A stretch of 64,000 nucleotides of DNA from an uncultured Gammaproteobacteria bacterium (lineage in GTDB: Bacteria > Pseudomonadota > Gammaproteobacteria > DRLM01), in the NCBI GenBank assembly GCA_963729605.1, contig CAVSNY010000007.1:1088001-1152000 (forward strand), given 5' to 3'. The position numbers and the translations under genes were made by a program. Of the stretch, positions 51,163-62,961 are shown in pieces; the first letter of the stretch is position 1; every line of letters starts with the position of its first letter. The notes under the pieces are model-generated. The model ran no database searches, was not told the DNA's origin, and saw only the letters and a list, made by a program, of their open reading frames with translations.

Positions 51163-52818
51163 ATGCAACGTGATGTGATGAATTACGACGTATTGATCGT
51201 CGGCGCCGGCCCGGCCGGCCTCGCCGCGGCGATCCGTTTGAAGCAACTGGCCGCGGTCGCCGGCAAGGAATTGAGCGTGTGCGTGCTCGAGAAGGGCGCG
51301 CAGGTCGGTGCGCACATCCTGTCGGGCGCGGTGATCGACCCCATCGCCATCAACGAGCTTCTGCCGGACTGGCGCGCGCGCGGCGCGCCCATCGTCACCG
51401 CGGTCAGCGACGATCAATTCCTGCTGCTTAGCGAGACCGGCCATTTCCATATCCCGCACGCGCTGGTGCCGCCGCTGATGCGCAACGACGGCTATTACAT
51501 CGTCAGCCTCGGCAAATTGTGCGCGTGGCTGGGCGAGCAGGCCGAGGCCCTCGGCGTGGAAATTTATCCGGGCTTCGCCGCCGCCGAGGTGCTGTACGGC
51601 GACGACGGCGGCGTGCGCGGTATCGTCACCGGCGACATGGGCGTCGCCAAAGACGGCACGCCCAAAGCGGGCTACGCGCCGGGCATGGAGTTGCACGCTA
51701 AATACACGTTGATCGCCGAAGGCGCGCGCGGGTCGCTCGCCAAACAATTGCGGGCGCGTTACGCGCTGGGCGAGGGCCGCGAGGTGCCGAAGTTCGGTCT
51801 CGGCTTCAAGGAACTGTGGCGGGTCGATCCGGCACGGCATCAACCCGGCAAGGTGATCCACACCTTGGGCTGGCCGCTCGACGACCGCACCGGTGGCGGC
51901 GGCTTTCTCTATCACCTCGAAGGCAATCGCGTCGCGGTGGGTTACGTGGTGCACCTCGATTACGCCAATCCTTATCTCAGCCCCTTCGACGAGTTTCAAC
52001 GTTTCAAGACCCACCCGGCGCTGCGCGAGGTGTTTACCAACGGTGAACGCCTGAGTTACGGCGCGCGCGCGATCACCGAGGGCGGGCTGCAATCGATACC
52101 CAAACTCACTTTCCCCGGCGGCGCGCTGATCGGCTGCAGCGCCGGCTTCGTCAATCTGCCGCGCATCAAGGGCAGCCACAACGCGATGAAGACCGGCATG
52201 CTGGTGGCGGAGGCGGCGTTTCAAGCAATTTGTGTGGAAGGCCGCGGCGGCGACGAACTCGGCGCCTATGCGACGGCGGTCGCCGCGTCGTGGGTTTATA
52301 AAGACCTCGACGCGGCGCGCAACGTCAAGCCCGCGCTGTCGCGCTGGGGTCTGCGCGGCGGCATGTTATATGCGGGCGTCGAGTTGTGGCTGCGCCGGTT
52401 CGGCGTCCGTCTGCCGTGGACGCTGCGCCATAGCAAGGCCGATCATGAAGCGCTGGCGCCCGCGGGCAGCCGCCAGCCCATCAATTACCCCAAGCCCGAC
52501 GGTGTGGTGAGTTTCGACCGGCTGAGCTCGGTCTATCTCGCCGGTCTGAGTCACGACGAGGATCAACCGGTGCATCTCAAACTCGCGCGGCCCGAGATCG
52601 CCATCGAACATAATTTGAAAATCTACGACGCGCCCGAGCAACGCTACTGCCCGGCAGGGGTTTATGAGATCATCCGGCCGGCCAATGAGCGGCCGCGTCT
52701 GCAGATCAACGCCGCCAACTGTGTGCACTGCAAGGCCTGCGACATCAAAGACCCCTTGCAGAACATCACCTGGGTGACGCCCGAAGGCGGCAGCGGGCCA
52801 AATTACGTGGAGATGTAG
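51163..52818 (+). CDS. ETF-ubiquinone oxidoreductase
   Basis: GAGPAG, GAHILSGA, YGARAITEGG, CPAGVYE, CVHCKACDIKDP. Confidence 0.94.
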   Translation: MQRDVMNYDVLIVGAGPAGLAAAIRLKQLAAVAGKELSVCVLEKGAQVGAHILSGAVIDPIAINELLPDWRARGAPIVTAVSDDQFLLLSETGHFHIPHALVPPLMRNDGYYIVSLGKLCAWLGEQAEALGVEIYPGFAAAEVLYGDDGGVRGIVTGDMGVAKDGTPKAGYAPGMELHAKYTLIAEGARGSLAKQLRARYALGEGREVPKFGLGFKELWRVDPARHQPGKVIHTLGWPLDDRTGGGGFLYHLEGNRVAVGYVVHLDYANPYLSPFDEFQRFKTHPALREVFTNGERLSYGARAITEGGLQSIPKLTFPGGALIGCSAGFVNLPRIKGSHNAMKTGMLVAEAAFQAICVEGRGGDELGAYATAVAASWVYKDLDAARNVKPALSRWGLRGGMLYAGVELWLRRFGVRLPWTLRHSKADHEALAPAGSRQPINYPKPDGVVSFDRLSSVYLAGLSHDEDQPVHLKLARPEIAIEHNLKIYDAPEQRYCPAGVYEIIRPANERPRLQINAANCVHCKACDIKDPLQNITWVTPEGGSGPNYVEM

Positions 52819-52908
52819 TGCGGTGATGTCGGGTGCTGATCACATTTGCTAAAAGCGGTGTGAGCAAGACCGCGCTTGTTCGATGCCGGGCGGCGTTCAA
52901 GGTAAGTC

Positions 52909-52933
52909 CCCTCTCCCGCTAGCGGGAGAGGGG
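52909..52933. repeat. REP-like palindrome
   Basis: ccctctcccgc-ta-gcgggagaggg perfect dyad between ETF:QO and tgt. Confidence 0.7.
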
Positions 52934-52990
52934 GTTGGAAGGGCCGGCGCCGGCATCCGTCATTCGGCGCGGTGTGTTCAATGAGCATAG

Positions 52991-54124
<1,134 letters not shown>

Positions 54125-54193
54125 TACCGGCCTTTCGCGGCCCCCGGGCACGGTGGGTGGCCAAAGGAATTCAAGTAAGGAGAAGAGGTTGTC

Positions 54194-54520
54194 ATGAGTT
54201 TTTTCATTTCGGATGCGTGGGCGGAAGCGGCTCCCGCCGCCCAAGACCCGGGTTTGATGGGCTTCCTGCCCTTGATCATCATCTTTGTGATCTTCTATTT
54301 TCTGCTGATGCGTCCGCAGATGAAGCGCGCCAAGGAACATCGCAAGCTGGTGGAAGCCCTGGGTAAGAACGATGAGGTGGTCACCAGCGGCGGTATCCTC
54401 GGCAAGATCACCGACGTGGAGGAAAGCATCATCACCGTGGAGATCGCCGAGGGCGTGCGCATTAAAGTGCAAAAAAGCGCGGTGTCTTCCCTCCTGCCCA
54501 AGGGTACCGTGAAAAGCTGA
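54194..54520 (+). CDS. yajC: Preprotein translocase subunit YajC
   Basis: FYFLLMRPQ, DEVVTSGGI. Confidence 0.95.
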   Translation: MSFFISDAWAEAAPAAQDPGLMGFLPLIIIFVIFYFLLMRPQMKRAKEHRKLVEALGKNDEVVTSGGILGKITDVEESIITVEIAEGVRIKVQKSAVSSLLPKGTVKS

Positions 54521-54563
54521 TACGCATCACCGACCCGCCTGAGCTGAGAAAGCACGCCTTCCT

Positions 54564-56417
54564 ATGAATCGCTACCCGCTTTGGAAATATCTCTTCATCG
54601 CCTCCATATTGCTGGTCGGTTGCATCTATGCGCTGCCCAATCTCTACGGTGAAGACCCTGCCTTGCAGATTTCCTCCACCCGCGGCGCGACAGTGGACGC
54701 CGCCACCGAAAGCCGCATCAAGGTCATGCTGCAGGAGGCCGGTCTCGCCATTCGGGGCAGCGAGCTGACGCCGGGCAATTTGCTGGTGCGTTTCAACGAG
54801 ACTCAGACCCAGCTCAAAGCGCAGGACATGGTCAAGCGCGAATTGGGCGACGATTACATCGTGGCGCTCAACCTGGCGCCGACCACCCCCGCTTGGCTGC
54901 GGGCCATCAATGCCCAACCCATGTATCTGGGCTTGGATCTGCGCGGCGGCGTGCACTTTCTGATGGAAGTGGATATGGCAGCTGTGCTGGAGCAAAGGGC
55001 GGAGCGTTACGTTGAAGATCTGCGCACCACCCTGCGCGATGAAAAAGTGCGTTACACCTCGGTGGCGCGGCGCGGCGCTAGCGTCGAGGTCAAGTTCCGC
55101 GGCGTCGAGGAGCGCAATGCCGCACGCGAGCATTTCCGTAAAACTTTCCCCGAATTGCAGTTGACCGAGAGTGAAGCGGGCGACGGCCAGCTCTTGATCG
55201 CGCAATTGACCGAGCAGCAGCAGCGCGAGACTCAGCGTTTCGCCGTGCAGCAAAACATCACCACCTTGCGCAACCGTGTCAACGAACTCGGCGTGGCCGA
55301 ACCGGTGATCCAGCAGCAGGGCGTGGACCGCATCGTGGTGCAGCTGCCCGGCGTGCAGGATACCGCGCGCGCCAAGGAAATTCTCGGCGCCACCGCCACC
55401 CTGGAATTCCGCATGGTGGACGAAGGACACAGCGCCGCCGACGCCGTGGCGGGCCGGGTGCCGCCCTCGTCGCGGCTCTATCGCAGCCGCACCGGCGAGC
55501 CGGTATTGCTGCAAAAACGCATCATCATCACCGGCGATTCCATCATCGACGCCGCCTCGACCATCGATCAGCGCGACGGCAGCCCGGCGGTGTCGATCAC
55601 CTTGGACGCCAAGGGCGCGCGCTCCATGCAGAACACCACGCAGGAGAACGTCGGCAAGCTGATGGCGGTGGTGTTCATCGAAAACAAAACCGAGACCCGT
55701 TATGTCAACGGCGAGGCGGTGAAGACCAAGAAACGGGTGGAAGAGGTGATCAACCAGGCCACCATCCGCGAGCCCTTCAGCAAACGTTTCCAGATCACCG
55801 GCCTCGACAATCCGGACGAGGCGCGCACCCTGGCCCTCTTGCTGCGCGCCGGCGCGCTGTCGGCGCCCATCGACATCATCGAGGAACGCACCGTCGGTCC
55901 GAGCCTGGGTCAAGAAAATATCGACAAGGGCTTCATGTCCTGCGTGATCGGCCTGATCGCCATTACCCTGTTCATGAGCATGTATTACCGGGTGTTCGGC
56001 GTGATCGCCAGCATTTCCTTGTTCATGAACTTGATATTGATGCTGTCGATTTTGTCCATGTTGCAGGCCACCCTCACCCTGCCGGGTATCGCCGGTATCG
56101 CGCTCACCATCGGCATGGCCATTGATGCCAACGTGCTCATCTTCGAGCGGATTCGCGAAGAGTTGCGCAACGGCAACACGCCGCAGGCGGCCATTCATGC
56201 CGGTTACGAACGCGCCTGGGGCACCATCGTGGATTCCAATATCACTACGCTCATCGCCGGCTTCTCGTTATTCCTGCTTGGTTCCGGGCCGATCCGCGGC
56301 TTCGCGGTGGTGTTGTGTATCGGCATTCTCACCTCGATGTTCAGCGCGGTGCTGGTGTCGCGCGCCATGGTGAACCTGGTTTACGGCCAGCGTAAGCTCA
56401 GCAAGCTGGCGATCTAA
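54564..56417 (+). CDS. secD: Protein translocase subunit SecD
   Basis: LGLDLRGG, RVNELGVAEP, GMAIDANVL. Confidence 0.97.
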   Translation: MNRYPLWKYLFIASILLVGCIYALPNLYGEDPALQISSTRGATVDAATESRIKVMLQEAGLAIRGSELTPGNLLVRFNETQTQLKAQDMVKRELGDDYIVALNLAPTTPAWLRAINAQPMYLGLDLRGGVHFLMEVDMAAVLEQRAERYVEDLRTTLRDEKVRYTSVARRGASVEVKFRGVEERNAAREHFRKTFPELQLTESEAGDGQLLIAQLTEQQQRETQRFAVQQNITTLRNRVNELGVAEPVIQQQGVDRIVVQLPGVQDTARAKEILGATATLEFRMVDEGHSAADAVAGRVPPSSRLYRSRTGEPVLLQKRIIITGDSIIDAASTIDQRDGSPAVSITLDAKGARSMQNTTQENVGKLMAVVFIENKTETRYVNGEAVKTKKRVEEVINQATIREPFSKRFQITGLDNPDEARTLALLLRAGALSAPIDIIEERTVGPSLGQENIDKGFMSCVIGLIAITLFMSMYYRVFGVIASISLFMNLILMLSILSMLQATLTLPGIAGIALTIGMAIDANVLIFERIREELRNGNTPQAAIHAGYERAWGTIVDSNITTLIAGFSLFLLGSGPIRGFAVVLCIGILTSMFSAVLVSRAMVNLVYGQRKLSKLAI

Positions 56418-56431
56418 ATAGGCGATAGTCG

Positions 56432-57367
56432 ATGGAATTTTTCCACATCAAAAAAGACATTCCGTTCATGCGCTACGCCAAGATCACCACCGTGGTCTCG
56501 GCGCTCATGTTCGTGCTGGCGGTCGCCGCGCTGGGCATGCGCGGTTTGAATTTCAGCATCGATTTCACCGGCGGCACGGTGATTGAACTGCATTATCCGC
56601 AGGCCGCCGATGTGCAGAAAATTCGCGGCGCCCTCGAAGGCGAAGAGTACCGCGATGTGACGGTGCAGAATTTCGGCAGTACCCAGGATGTGATGATCCG
56701 GCTGCGTTTGCAGGAGGGCGTGTCTTCGGCCCAGGCCAGTGAAAGCGTGATGACTTTGCTGCGGGCGCAGGATCCCAACGTCGAGTTGCGGCGGGTGGAA
56801 TTCGTCGGCCCGCAGGTCGGCGAGGAGCTGTACAACGGCGGCGCGCTGGCGCTGCTCCTGGTGTGCGCGGGCATCATGGTTTATCTGGCGATCCGCTTCG
56901 AGTGGCGTTTCGCAATCGCCGCGGTCATCGCCAATATGCATGACGTGGTGATCATTATGGGCTTTTTCGCCTTTTTTCAATGGGAGTTTTCGCTGGCGGT
57001 GCTGGCGGGCGTGCTCGCGGTACTGGGCTATTCGGTGAATGAATCGGTGGTGGTGTTCGACCGGATCCGCGAAAATTTTCGCAAGATGCGCAAGACCGCG
57101 GTGCCCGAGATCATCGACAACGCCATCACCCGTACCATGTCGCGTACCATCATCACCCATACCACTACCGAGATGATGGTGTTGGCCATGTTGTTCTTCG
57201 GCGGCGAGGCCTTGTTCTATTTTGCGTTGGCTTTGACCATCGGCATCCTATTCGGCATTTATTCATCGGTGCTGGTGGCCAGCCCGATCGTGATGTGGCT
57301 GGGCGTGTCGCGCGATAACCTGATGCCGGTGAAAAAAGAAGGCGCGGAATTCGACGTTCGGCCGTAA
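56432..57367 (+). CDS. secF: Protein translocase subunit SecF
   Basis: IDFTGG, VGPQVG, GYSVNESVVVFDRIRE. Confidence 0.97.
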   Translation: MEFFHIKKDIPFMRYAKITTVVSALMFVLAVAALGMRGLNFSIDFTGGTVIELHYPQAADVQKIRGALEGEEYRDVTVQNFGSTQDVMIRLRLQEGVSSAQASESVMTLLRAQDPNVELRRVEFVGPQVGEELYNGGALALLLVCAGIMVYLAIRFEWRFAIAAVIANMHDVVIIMGFFAFFQWEFSLAVLAGVLAVLGYSVNESVVVFDRIRENFRKMRKTAVPEIIDNAITRTMSRTIITHTTTEMMVLAMLFFGGEALFYFALALTIGILFGIYSSVLVASPIVMWLGVSRDNLMPVKKEGAEFDVRP

Positions 57368-57444
57368 GCGGACCGCTCGATGTCCGGCTGAATGGATTTG
57401 CGCTGCCGCCGCGCTGCGGCGTTAGTCGGAATGCTTGATTCCGC

Positions 57445-57464
57445 CCCCGGCATTCTTGCCGGGG
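57445..57464. terminator. Hairpin between convergent secF and GGDEF gene
   Basis: ccccggca-ttct-tgccgggg; weak U-tract. Confidence 0.4.
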
Positions 57465-57512
57465 CGCTTGTTATAAAAATCCCGTTGAAAGAGTGTAACT
57501 GCCCGGCCGGGT

Positions 57513-58901
57513 TCAGGCCGTGGAGGTGGATGTCGAAGTATTGCCGGTCGCCGCCGCTTCGGCGCGATCGAATTCGATGCGATTGCGGCCCAGCCGCTTG
57601 GCGCGGTACAGGGCGTGATCGGCGCGCTGGATGATGGCCTCGGGACTTTCGCCGGGGCGGTATAAAGTGAGTCCGGCTGAGAAGGTGGGCAAGGGAATGG
57701 TGCTGCCGTCGTATTGGAAATTGGTTTCCTGAGCGCGTTTTTGCACTTTACGAAGTGCCCGCAGCGCGCCTTCGATATGCGTATTGGGCAACAACACGGC
57801 GAATTCTTCGCCGCCGTAACGGGCGACCAGGTCGTGATGGCGGAAAATGGAGAGTATCTCGGCGGCGACCACCCGCAACACCTCGTCGCCGGCGGCATGG
57901 CCCAGTTTGTCGTTGACCGCCTTGAAGCCGTCGAGGTCGATCAAGGCCAGCGTCAACGGATTGCCGTAACGTTGCACGCGACCCACTTCATCTTGCAGGC
58001 GGCGCAGGAAGGCGCGGCGGTTGGGCAGGCCGGTGAGATCGTCGGTCAAACTCAAGAGGTGGATGCGGGTCAGCTCGTCGCTGAGTTGTTGGCTGTCGGA
58101 TTCGATGACACCCAGGAAATTTTGGGCTTCCTGCAATTTGTTGGCGATGGTCCGGTGTTCCACCAACAGCGATTGGGTCTCGCTGATCAATTGTTCGCGC
58201 ACCACAACGATGTCTTGTTGCGAATTGGTTTGTTGGAGTATCTCCAATTCTTTTTCCAGCATGGCGCCGATGGAAAGATTATTCTTGATACAGGCCGCCA
58301 CCTGATGCGCCAAGGCCTGTTGAATGCGTTGGATGCCTTGCCGTTTTTCGTCCAGATGGCGGCGATACGAACCGTCCACCCGTCGTTCGGGCGGAGAGGG
58401 ACGTTCGGGATGATCGGGCGCGACATCGGAGACGGGTTCCTCCATTTCGACGGCGGCGAGCGGAGCCGCCGCGACGAGCTCCGGCTTCCTGTCGCGAATA
58501 TTGAAACTTTCCAAGAGCGGCGCGATGCCCTGTTCGATGATGTCGTCGCTCTCGCGCATGCCGCGGGCGATGTCGTCGATATGCGCATCGAGAAACGCCT
58601 TCAGCTCGGCCAGGTCGCTCGCCGTGAAGGGCGGCGTGATTCGTACTTCCAATAGTTTCAGCTGGACTTGCAAGGGCGAATCGTCGGGTAACTGACGGGC
58701 GAGGGTGTCGAGCAGCAACATCAGCAGACCGGCGTAGGTCTGTTCGATTTCCTGGCTATGGGCTTCGGCGGAGCAGAGGGTTTGTTCGATGTAAGCGAAT
58801 ATGCTGGCGCCGCTTTCGCTGCGTTTGAGCGGTTCGAGCAGCCGTAGAATTTTCTTCGTCACGCTGGCACCCAAGATGTTTTCTTTTTTGTCCGGCAACA
58901 T
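57513..58901 (-). CDS. Diguanylate cyclase
   Basis: DDLTGLPNRR, DLDGFK, RHHD I-site, YGGEEF; helical N-terminus. Confidence 0.93.
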   Translation of the reverse strand: MLPDKKENILGASVTKKILRLLEPLKRSESGASIFAYIEQTLCSAEAHSQEIEQTYAGLLMLLLDTLARQLPDDSPLQVQLKLLEVRITPPFTASDLAELKAFLDAHIDDIARGMRESDDIIEQGIAPLLESFNIRDRKPELVAAAPLAAVEMEEPVSDVAPDHPERPSPPERRVDGSYRRHLDEKRQGIQRIQQALAHQVAACIKNNLSIGAMLEKELEILQQTNSQQDIVVVREQLISETQSLLVEHRTIANKLQEAQNFLGVIESDSQQLSDELTRIHLLSLTDDLTGLPNRRAFLRRLQDEVGRVQRYGNPLTLALIDLDGFKAVNDKLGHAAGDEVLRVVAAEILSIFRHHDLVARYGGEEFAVLLPNTHIEGALRALRKVQKRAQETNFQYDGSTIPLPTFSAGLTLYRPGESPEAIIQRADHALYRAKRLGRNRIEFDRAEAAATGNTSTSTSTA

Positions 58902-59256
58902 GGATTGCTCCTGTTATTGTTATCCATCCATGTTGAACGCCCCCTTCTATCCAGGTGGTGGATGTCGGGCGGCAAGAATTCCGTTTATGTGCTTAAGTTA
59001 ACCTCATTATGGACTTAAGCCCAGGCTACACCCTTTTCGCATTTAGGGGCTTCCTGACGCTGGTCACAGGGCCATCATGGCCTACCTCATAGCATTGAGG
59101 CTCATTTTATAGTCCGCAACACGCGAATTAATATAACACGGATTATAAGGGGGTAAAAACGGTTCGTGGGCGGCGGACCCTCCGTACTGCAAGGCGGCGG
59201 AAAATCGGGTATCCTTCTCCCTTTTTCCAGCCCCATCAGCTTTGTCAGGTGAGAAG

Positions 59257-60513
59257 ATGTTTACACGAGATATGAGGATAGCCGGTTTTGATGACGCGCT
59301 GTGGACGGCCATGGATCAGGAGACCAAGCGCCAGGAGGACCACATCGAACTCATCGCTTCCGAGAATTACGCCAGCCCTCGTGTGCTGGAGGCGCAAGGC
59401 TCTGTCCTCACTAATAAATATGCGGAAGGTTATCCCGGCAAACGTTATTATGGCGGCTGCGAGTACGTGGATATCGCCGAGCAGCTCGCCATCGATCGCG
59501 CCAAGGAATTGTTCGGTGCCGATTACGTCAACGTGCAGCCCCACTCCGGTTCGCAGGCCAATGCCGCCGTCTATATGGCCTTACTCAACCCCGGGGATAC
59601 CCTGCTTGGCATGAGCCTGGCCCATGGTGGACATCTCACCCACGGCGCCAAGGTCAGTTTCTCCGGCAAGATTTATAACGCGGTGCAATACGGCCTCGAC
59701 GTCGCCACCGGCGAGATCGACTACGATCAGGTGGACGCGCTGGCGCGGGAGCACAAGCCGAAGATGATCGTGGCCGGTTTCAGCGCCTATTCCCGGGTGG
59801 TGGATTGGGCGCGTTTCCGCGCCATCGCCGACGAGGTGGGCGCCTATTTGTTCGTGGACGTCGCCCACGTGGCGGGTTTGATCGCCGCCGGTCTGTATCC
59901 CAACCCGGTGCAAATCGCCGACATCACCACCACCACCACCCACAAGACCCTGCGCGGCCCGCGCGGCGGCATGATCATGGCCAAGGCCAATCCCGAGATC
60001 GAGAAGAAACTCAATTCCATGGTCTTTCCCGGCACCCAGGGTGGCCCGTTGATGCACGTGATCGCCGCCAAGGCGGTGGCCTTCAAAGAGGCGCTGCAAC
60101 CGGATTTCAAGGCCTATCAACAGCAGGTGATCGACAATGCCCGCGCGATGGCCGCGGTGATGATGGAGCGCGGCTACAAAATCGTCTCCGGCGGCACCGA
60201 CAATCACCTCTTTCTGCTGGACCTGATCGACAAGGACATCACCGGCAAGGATGCGGAGGCCGCCCTCGGCGCCTGCGATATCACGGTCAATAAAAACGCG
60301 GTGCCCAACGATCCGCGCTCGCCGTTCGTCACCAGCGGCATCCGCATCGGCACGCCGGCCATCACCACCCGCGGCTTCAAAGTCGCGGAGTCGCGGGCGC
60401 TGGCGGGCTGGATCTGCGACGTATTGTCCAATCTGAACGATTCAACCGTATTGGACCGGGTGCGGGATCAAGTGGCGGACATCACCCACCGCTTTCCGGT
60501 TTATCAAAAATAA
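59257..60513 (+). CDS. glyA: Serine hydroxymethyltransferase
   Basis: [34 protein letters not shown]. Confidence 0.97.
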   Translation: MFTRDMRIAGFDDALWTAMDQETKRQEDHIELIASENYASPRVLEAQGSVLTNKYAEGYPGKRYYGGCEYVDIAEQLAIDRAKELFGADYVNVQPHSGSQANAAVYMALLNPGDTLLGMSLAHGGHLTHGAKVSFSGKIYNAVQYGLDVATGEIDYDQVDALAREHKPKMIVAGFSAYSRVVDWARFRAIADEVGAYLFVDVAHVAGLIAAGLYPNPVQIADITTTTTHKTLRGPRGGMIMAKANPEIEKKLNSMVFPGTQGGPLMHVIAAKAVAFKEALQPDFKAYQQQVIDNARAMAAVMMERGYKIVSGGTDNHLFLLDLIDKDITGKDAEAALGACDITVNKNAVPNDPRSPFVTSGIRIGTPAITTRGFKVAESRALAGWICDVLSNLNDSTVLDRVRDQVADITHRFPVYQK

Positions 60514-60558
60514 ACCGGTTACCTGGCCGCGGGACGCGGCGGCGAAATAGGAACCAGC

Positions 60559-61086
60559 ATGCGTTGTCCGTTTTGTGGTACCGATGACACCAAGGTGGTC
60601 GATTCGCGGCTGGCCAGTGAAGGCCACTCGGTGCGCCGCCGCCGCGAATGCCTGTCCTGCGCCGAACGTTTCACCACCTTCGAGACCGCCGAACTGACCC
60701 TGCCGCCGATCGTGAAGAGCGACGGCCGGCGCGAGGTCTTCGATGAAGCCAAGCTGCGCGGCGGCATGCTGCGCGCGTTGGAGAAACGCCCGGTCGCCAC
60801 CGAGCGTTTCGAGGAGAGCATCACCCATCTGCTGCATCGTCTGCGCGCCAGCGGCGAGCGGGAAATCAGCTCGCGTTCCCTGGGCGAGTGGGTGATGGAC
60901 GAGCTGCGCAATCTGGACGAAGTGGCCTATGTCCGCTTCGCCTCGGTGTACCGCAGCTTTCAAGACGTCAACGCCTTTCGCGAAGAGATCGAACGCCTGC
61001 AGAATTCGCCGCCGCCGGACGTCAACAAGCAGCAGATTTCGCTGTTGCCGGATCCGGCGGGCAAGCGTAAAAATCCGGCGGCGTGA
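60559..61086 (+). CDS. nrdR: Transcriptional repressor NrdR
   Basis: [18 protein letters not shown] cone, YVRFASVY. Confidence 0.96.
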   Translation: MRCPFCGTDDTKVVDSRLASEGHSVRRRRECLSCAERFTTFETAELTLPPIVKSDGRREVFDEAKLRGGMLRALEKRPVATERFEESITHLLHRLRASGEREISSRSLGEWVMDELRNLDEVAYVRFASVYRSFQDVNAFREEIERLQNSPPPDVNKQQISLLPDPAGKRKNPAA

Positions 61087-61131
61087 GGCCGCTGCGCATG
61101 GCGCGCGTTCTTCTTGAGCGACACCCGTTTT

Positions 61132-62271
61132 ATGTTCACCAGCGCTGATCATCAATTCATGAACCAAGCCCTGCGGCTCGCCGCGCGCGGTTTGTATTCC
61201 ACCGACCCCAATCCGCGGGTGGGCTGCGTGCTGGTGCGCGACGGCGCGGTCGTCGGCAGCGGCTGGCACGGCCGGGCCGGCCAGCCTCACGCCGAGGTGT
61301 TTGCATTGCGTGAAGCGGGCGAGCGCGCCCGCGGCGCCACGGCCTATGTCACCTTGGAACCCTGTTGTCATCACGGCCGCACCCCGCCCTGCGGTGAGGC
61401 CTTGATCGCCGCCGGCGTGACGCGGGTGGTGGCGGCCATGACCGATCCCAATCCGCTGATGGCGGGAAAAGGCTTGGCGCAATTAGCGGCCGCCGGTATC
61501 GCGGTTGTATCCGGTTTACTGGCGGCCGACGCGGCGGCGCTCAATCCCGGTTTCAGCAGCCGCATGCAGCGCGGCCGGCCCTGGGTGCGGGTGAAATCGG
61601 CGATGAGCCTCGACGGCCGCAGCGCGCTTGCCAACGGCGTCAGCCAGTGGATCACCGGCGCGGCGGCGCGGCACGACGTGCAACGCTGGCGGGCGCGCAG
61701 CTCGGCGATCTTGACCGGGATCGGCACGGTGTTGGCGGATGACCCGGCGCTCAACCTGCGCTTATCGCCCGCCGAATGGAACGAGCAAGGCGAAGGCGAA
61801 ATCCGCCAACCGCTGCGAGTGGTAGTGGACAGCCGCCTGCGTCTGCCGATCGATGCGCGCGTGTTGCGGACGGCCGGTGCGACACAGGTATTCACGTGCA
61901 GCGAGGACGCCGCCCGCGCCGCGCGGCTGCGCGAGGCAGGCGGGACGGTGAGCGTGGTGCCGCCGGGCGCGGGCGGCGTGGATCTCGCCGCGCTGTTGCG
62001 TGCGCTGGGTGCGCAAGGCATCAACGAAGTGTGGGTGGAGGCCGGCCCGGCTTTGAGCGGCGCGCTGCTCGCCCAGGGTTGGGCCGATGAATTGATTCTA
62101 TACTTGGCGCCCGCCTTGCTGGGCGACGCGGCGCGCGGCGTGTTTCAACTGCCGCAGTGGACGGCGTTGAATGAAAGTCTGTCGCTCAATATCACCGACG
62201 TGCGCGCGGTGGGCGCCGATTGGCGTATCATGGCGCAAATAAATAATCGTACAGCGACGGCGCAAGACTGA
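61132..62271 (+). CDS. ribD: Riboflavin biosynthesis deaminase/reductase
   Basis: PNPRVG, HAE, LEPCCHHGRTPPC, SLDG, WVEAG. Confidence 0.95.
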   Translation: MFTSADHQFMNQALRLAARGLYSTDPNPRVGCVLVRDGAVVGSGWHGRAGQPHAEVFALREAGERARGATAYVTLEPCCHHGRTPPCGEALIAAGVTRVVAAMTDPNPLMAGKGLAQLAAAGIAVVSGLLAADAAALNPGFSSRMQRGRPWVRVKSAMSLDGRSALANGVSQWITGAAARHDVQRWRARSSAILTGIGTVLADDPALNLRLSPAEWNEQGEGEIRQPLRVVVDSRLRLPIDARVLRTAGATQVFTCSEDAARAARLREAGGTVSVVPPGAGGVDLAALLRALGAQGINEVWVEAGPALSGALLAQGWADELILYLAPALLGDAARGVFQLPQWTALNESLSLNITDVRAVGADWRIMAQINNRTATAQD

Positions 62272-62273
62272 AC

Positions 62274-62945
62274 ATGTTTACCGGCATCATCCAAGCGAAA
62301 GGCGAGATCGCCGCGCTGCAACATCACGGCGGCGACGCCCGGCTGCGCATCGCCGCCGGCAAGCTCGATTTGAGCGATGCGTGCGTCGGCGACAGCATCG
62401 CCGTCAACGGTGTGTGTCTCACCGCGGTGGAATTGTTCGCCGGCGGTTTTCGCGCCGACGTGTCGGCGGAGACCTTGCGCTGCACCACCCTTGGCCGCTT
62501 GCGGAGCGGCGACGCGGTGAATCTGGAAAAGGCGTTGACCCTCGCGACGCCCTTGGGCGGCCATCTGGTGAGCGGTCACGTCGACGGCGTGGCCACGGTG
62601 ACGGAACGCGCCGAGATCGGCGGTTCGCTGCGGTTGGTGTTCGCCGTGCCCGCGCCCTTGGCGAAATACATCGCCGCGAAAGGCTCGATCTGCCTCGACG
62701 GCGTCAGCCTCACGGTGAACGCCGTGAACGGCGCGGTCTTCGAAGTGAACCTGGTGCCGCACACTTTGCAGGAAACCAACCTGGGCCGGCTCGCGGCCGG
62801 CGCCGAGGTCAACGTGGAGGTGGACCTGGTCGCGCGTTATTTGGAGCGTCTGGTCTTGGGCGACGACGCGGCCAAGCCGGCGGGCAGCGGTCTCACGCTG
62901 ACCGTCTTGACGCAACAGGGTTTTGTGAAAGGCGATGCGCGCTGA
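62274..62945 (+). CDS. ribE: Riboflavin synthase alpha chain
   Basis: MFTGII, GDSIAVNGVCLT, GGHLVSGHVD, DGVSLT. Confidence 0.95.
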   Translation: MFTGIIQAKGEIAALQHHGGDARLRIAAGKLDLSDACVGDSIAVNGVCLTAVELFAGGFRADVSAETLRCTTLGRLRSGDAVNLEKALTLATPLGGHLVSGHVDGVATVTERAEIGGSLRLVFAVPAPLAKYIAAKGSICLDGVSLTVNAVNGAVFEVNLVPHTLQETNLGRLAAGAEVNVEVDLVARYLERLVLGDDAAKPAGSGLTLTVLTQQGFVKGDAR

Positions 62946-62961
62946 CCCGCGGTCTCGCTGC

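Noticed and set aside
58990-59256. ZTP or glycine riboswitch upstream of glyA
   Set aside because: Conserved aptamer motifs were not found by eye; an Rfam scan would be decisive.
61087-61131. FMN riboswitch for the rib genes
   Set aside because: The spacer is too short and has no RFN motif.
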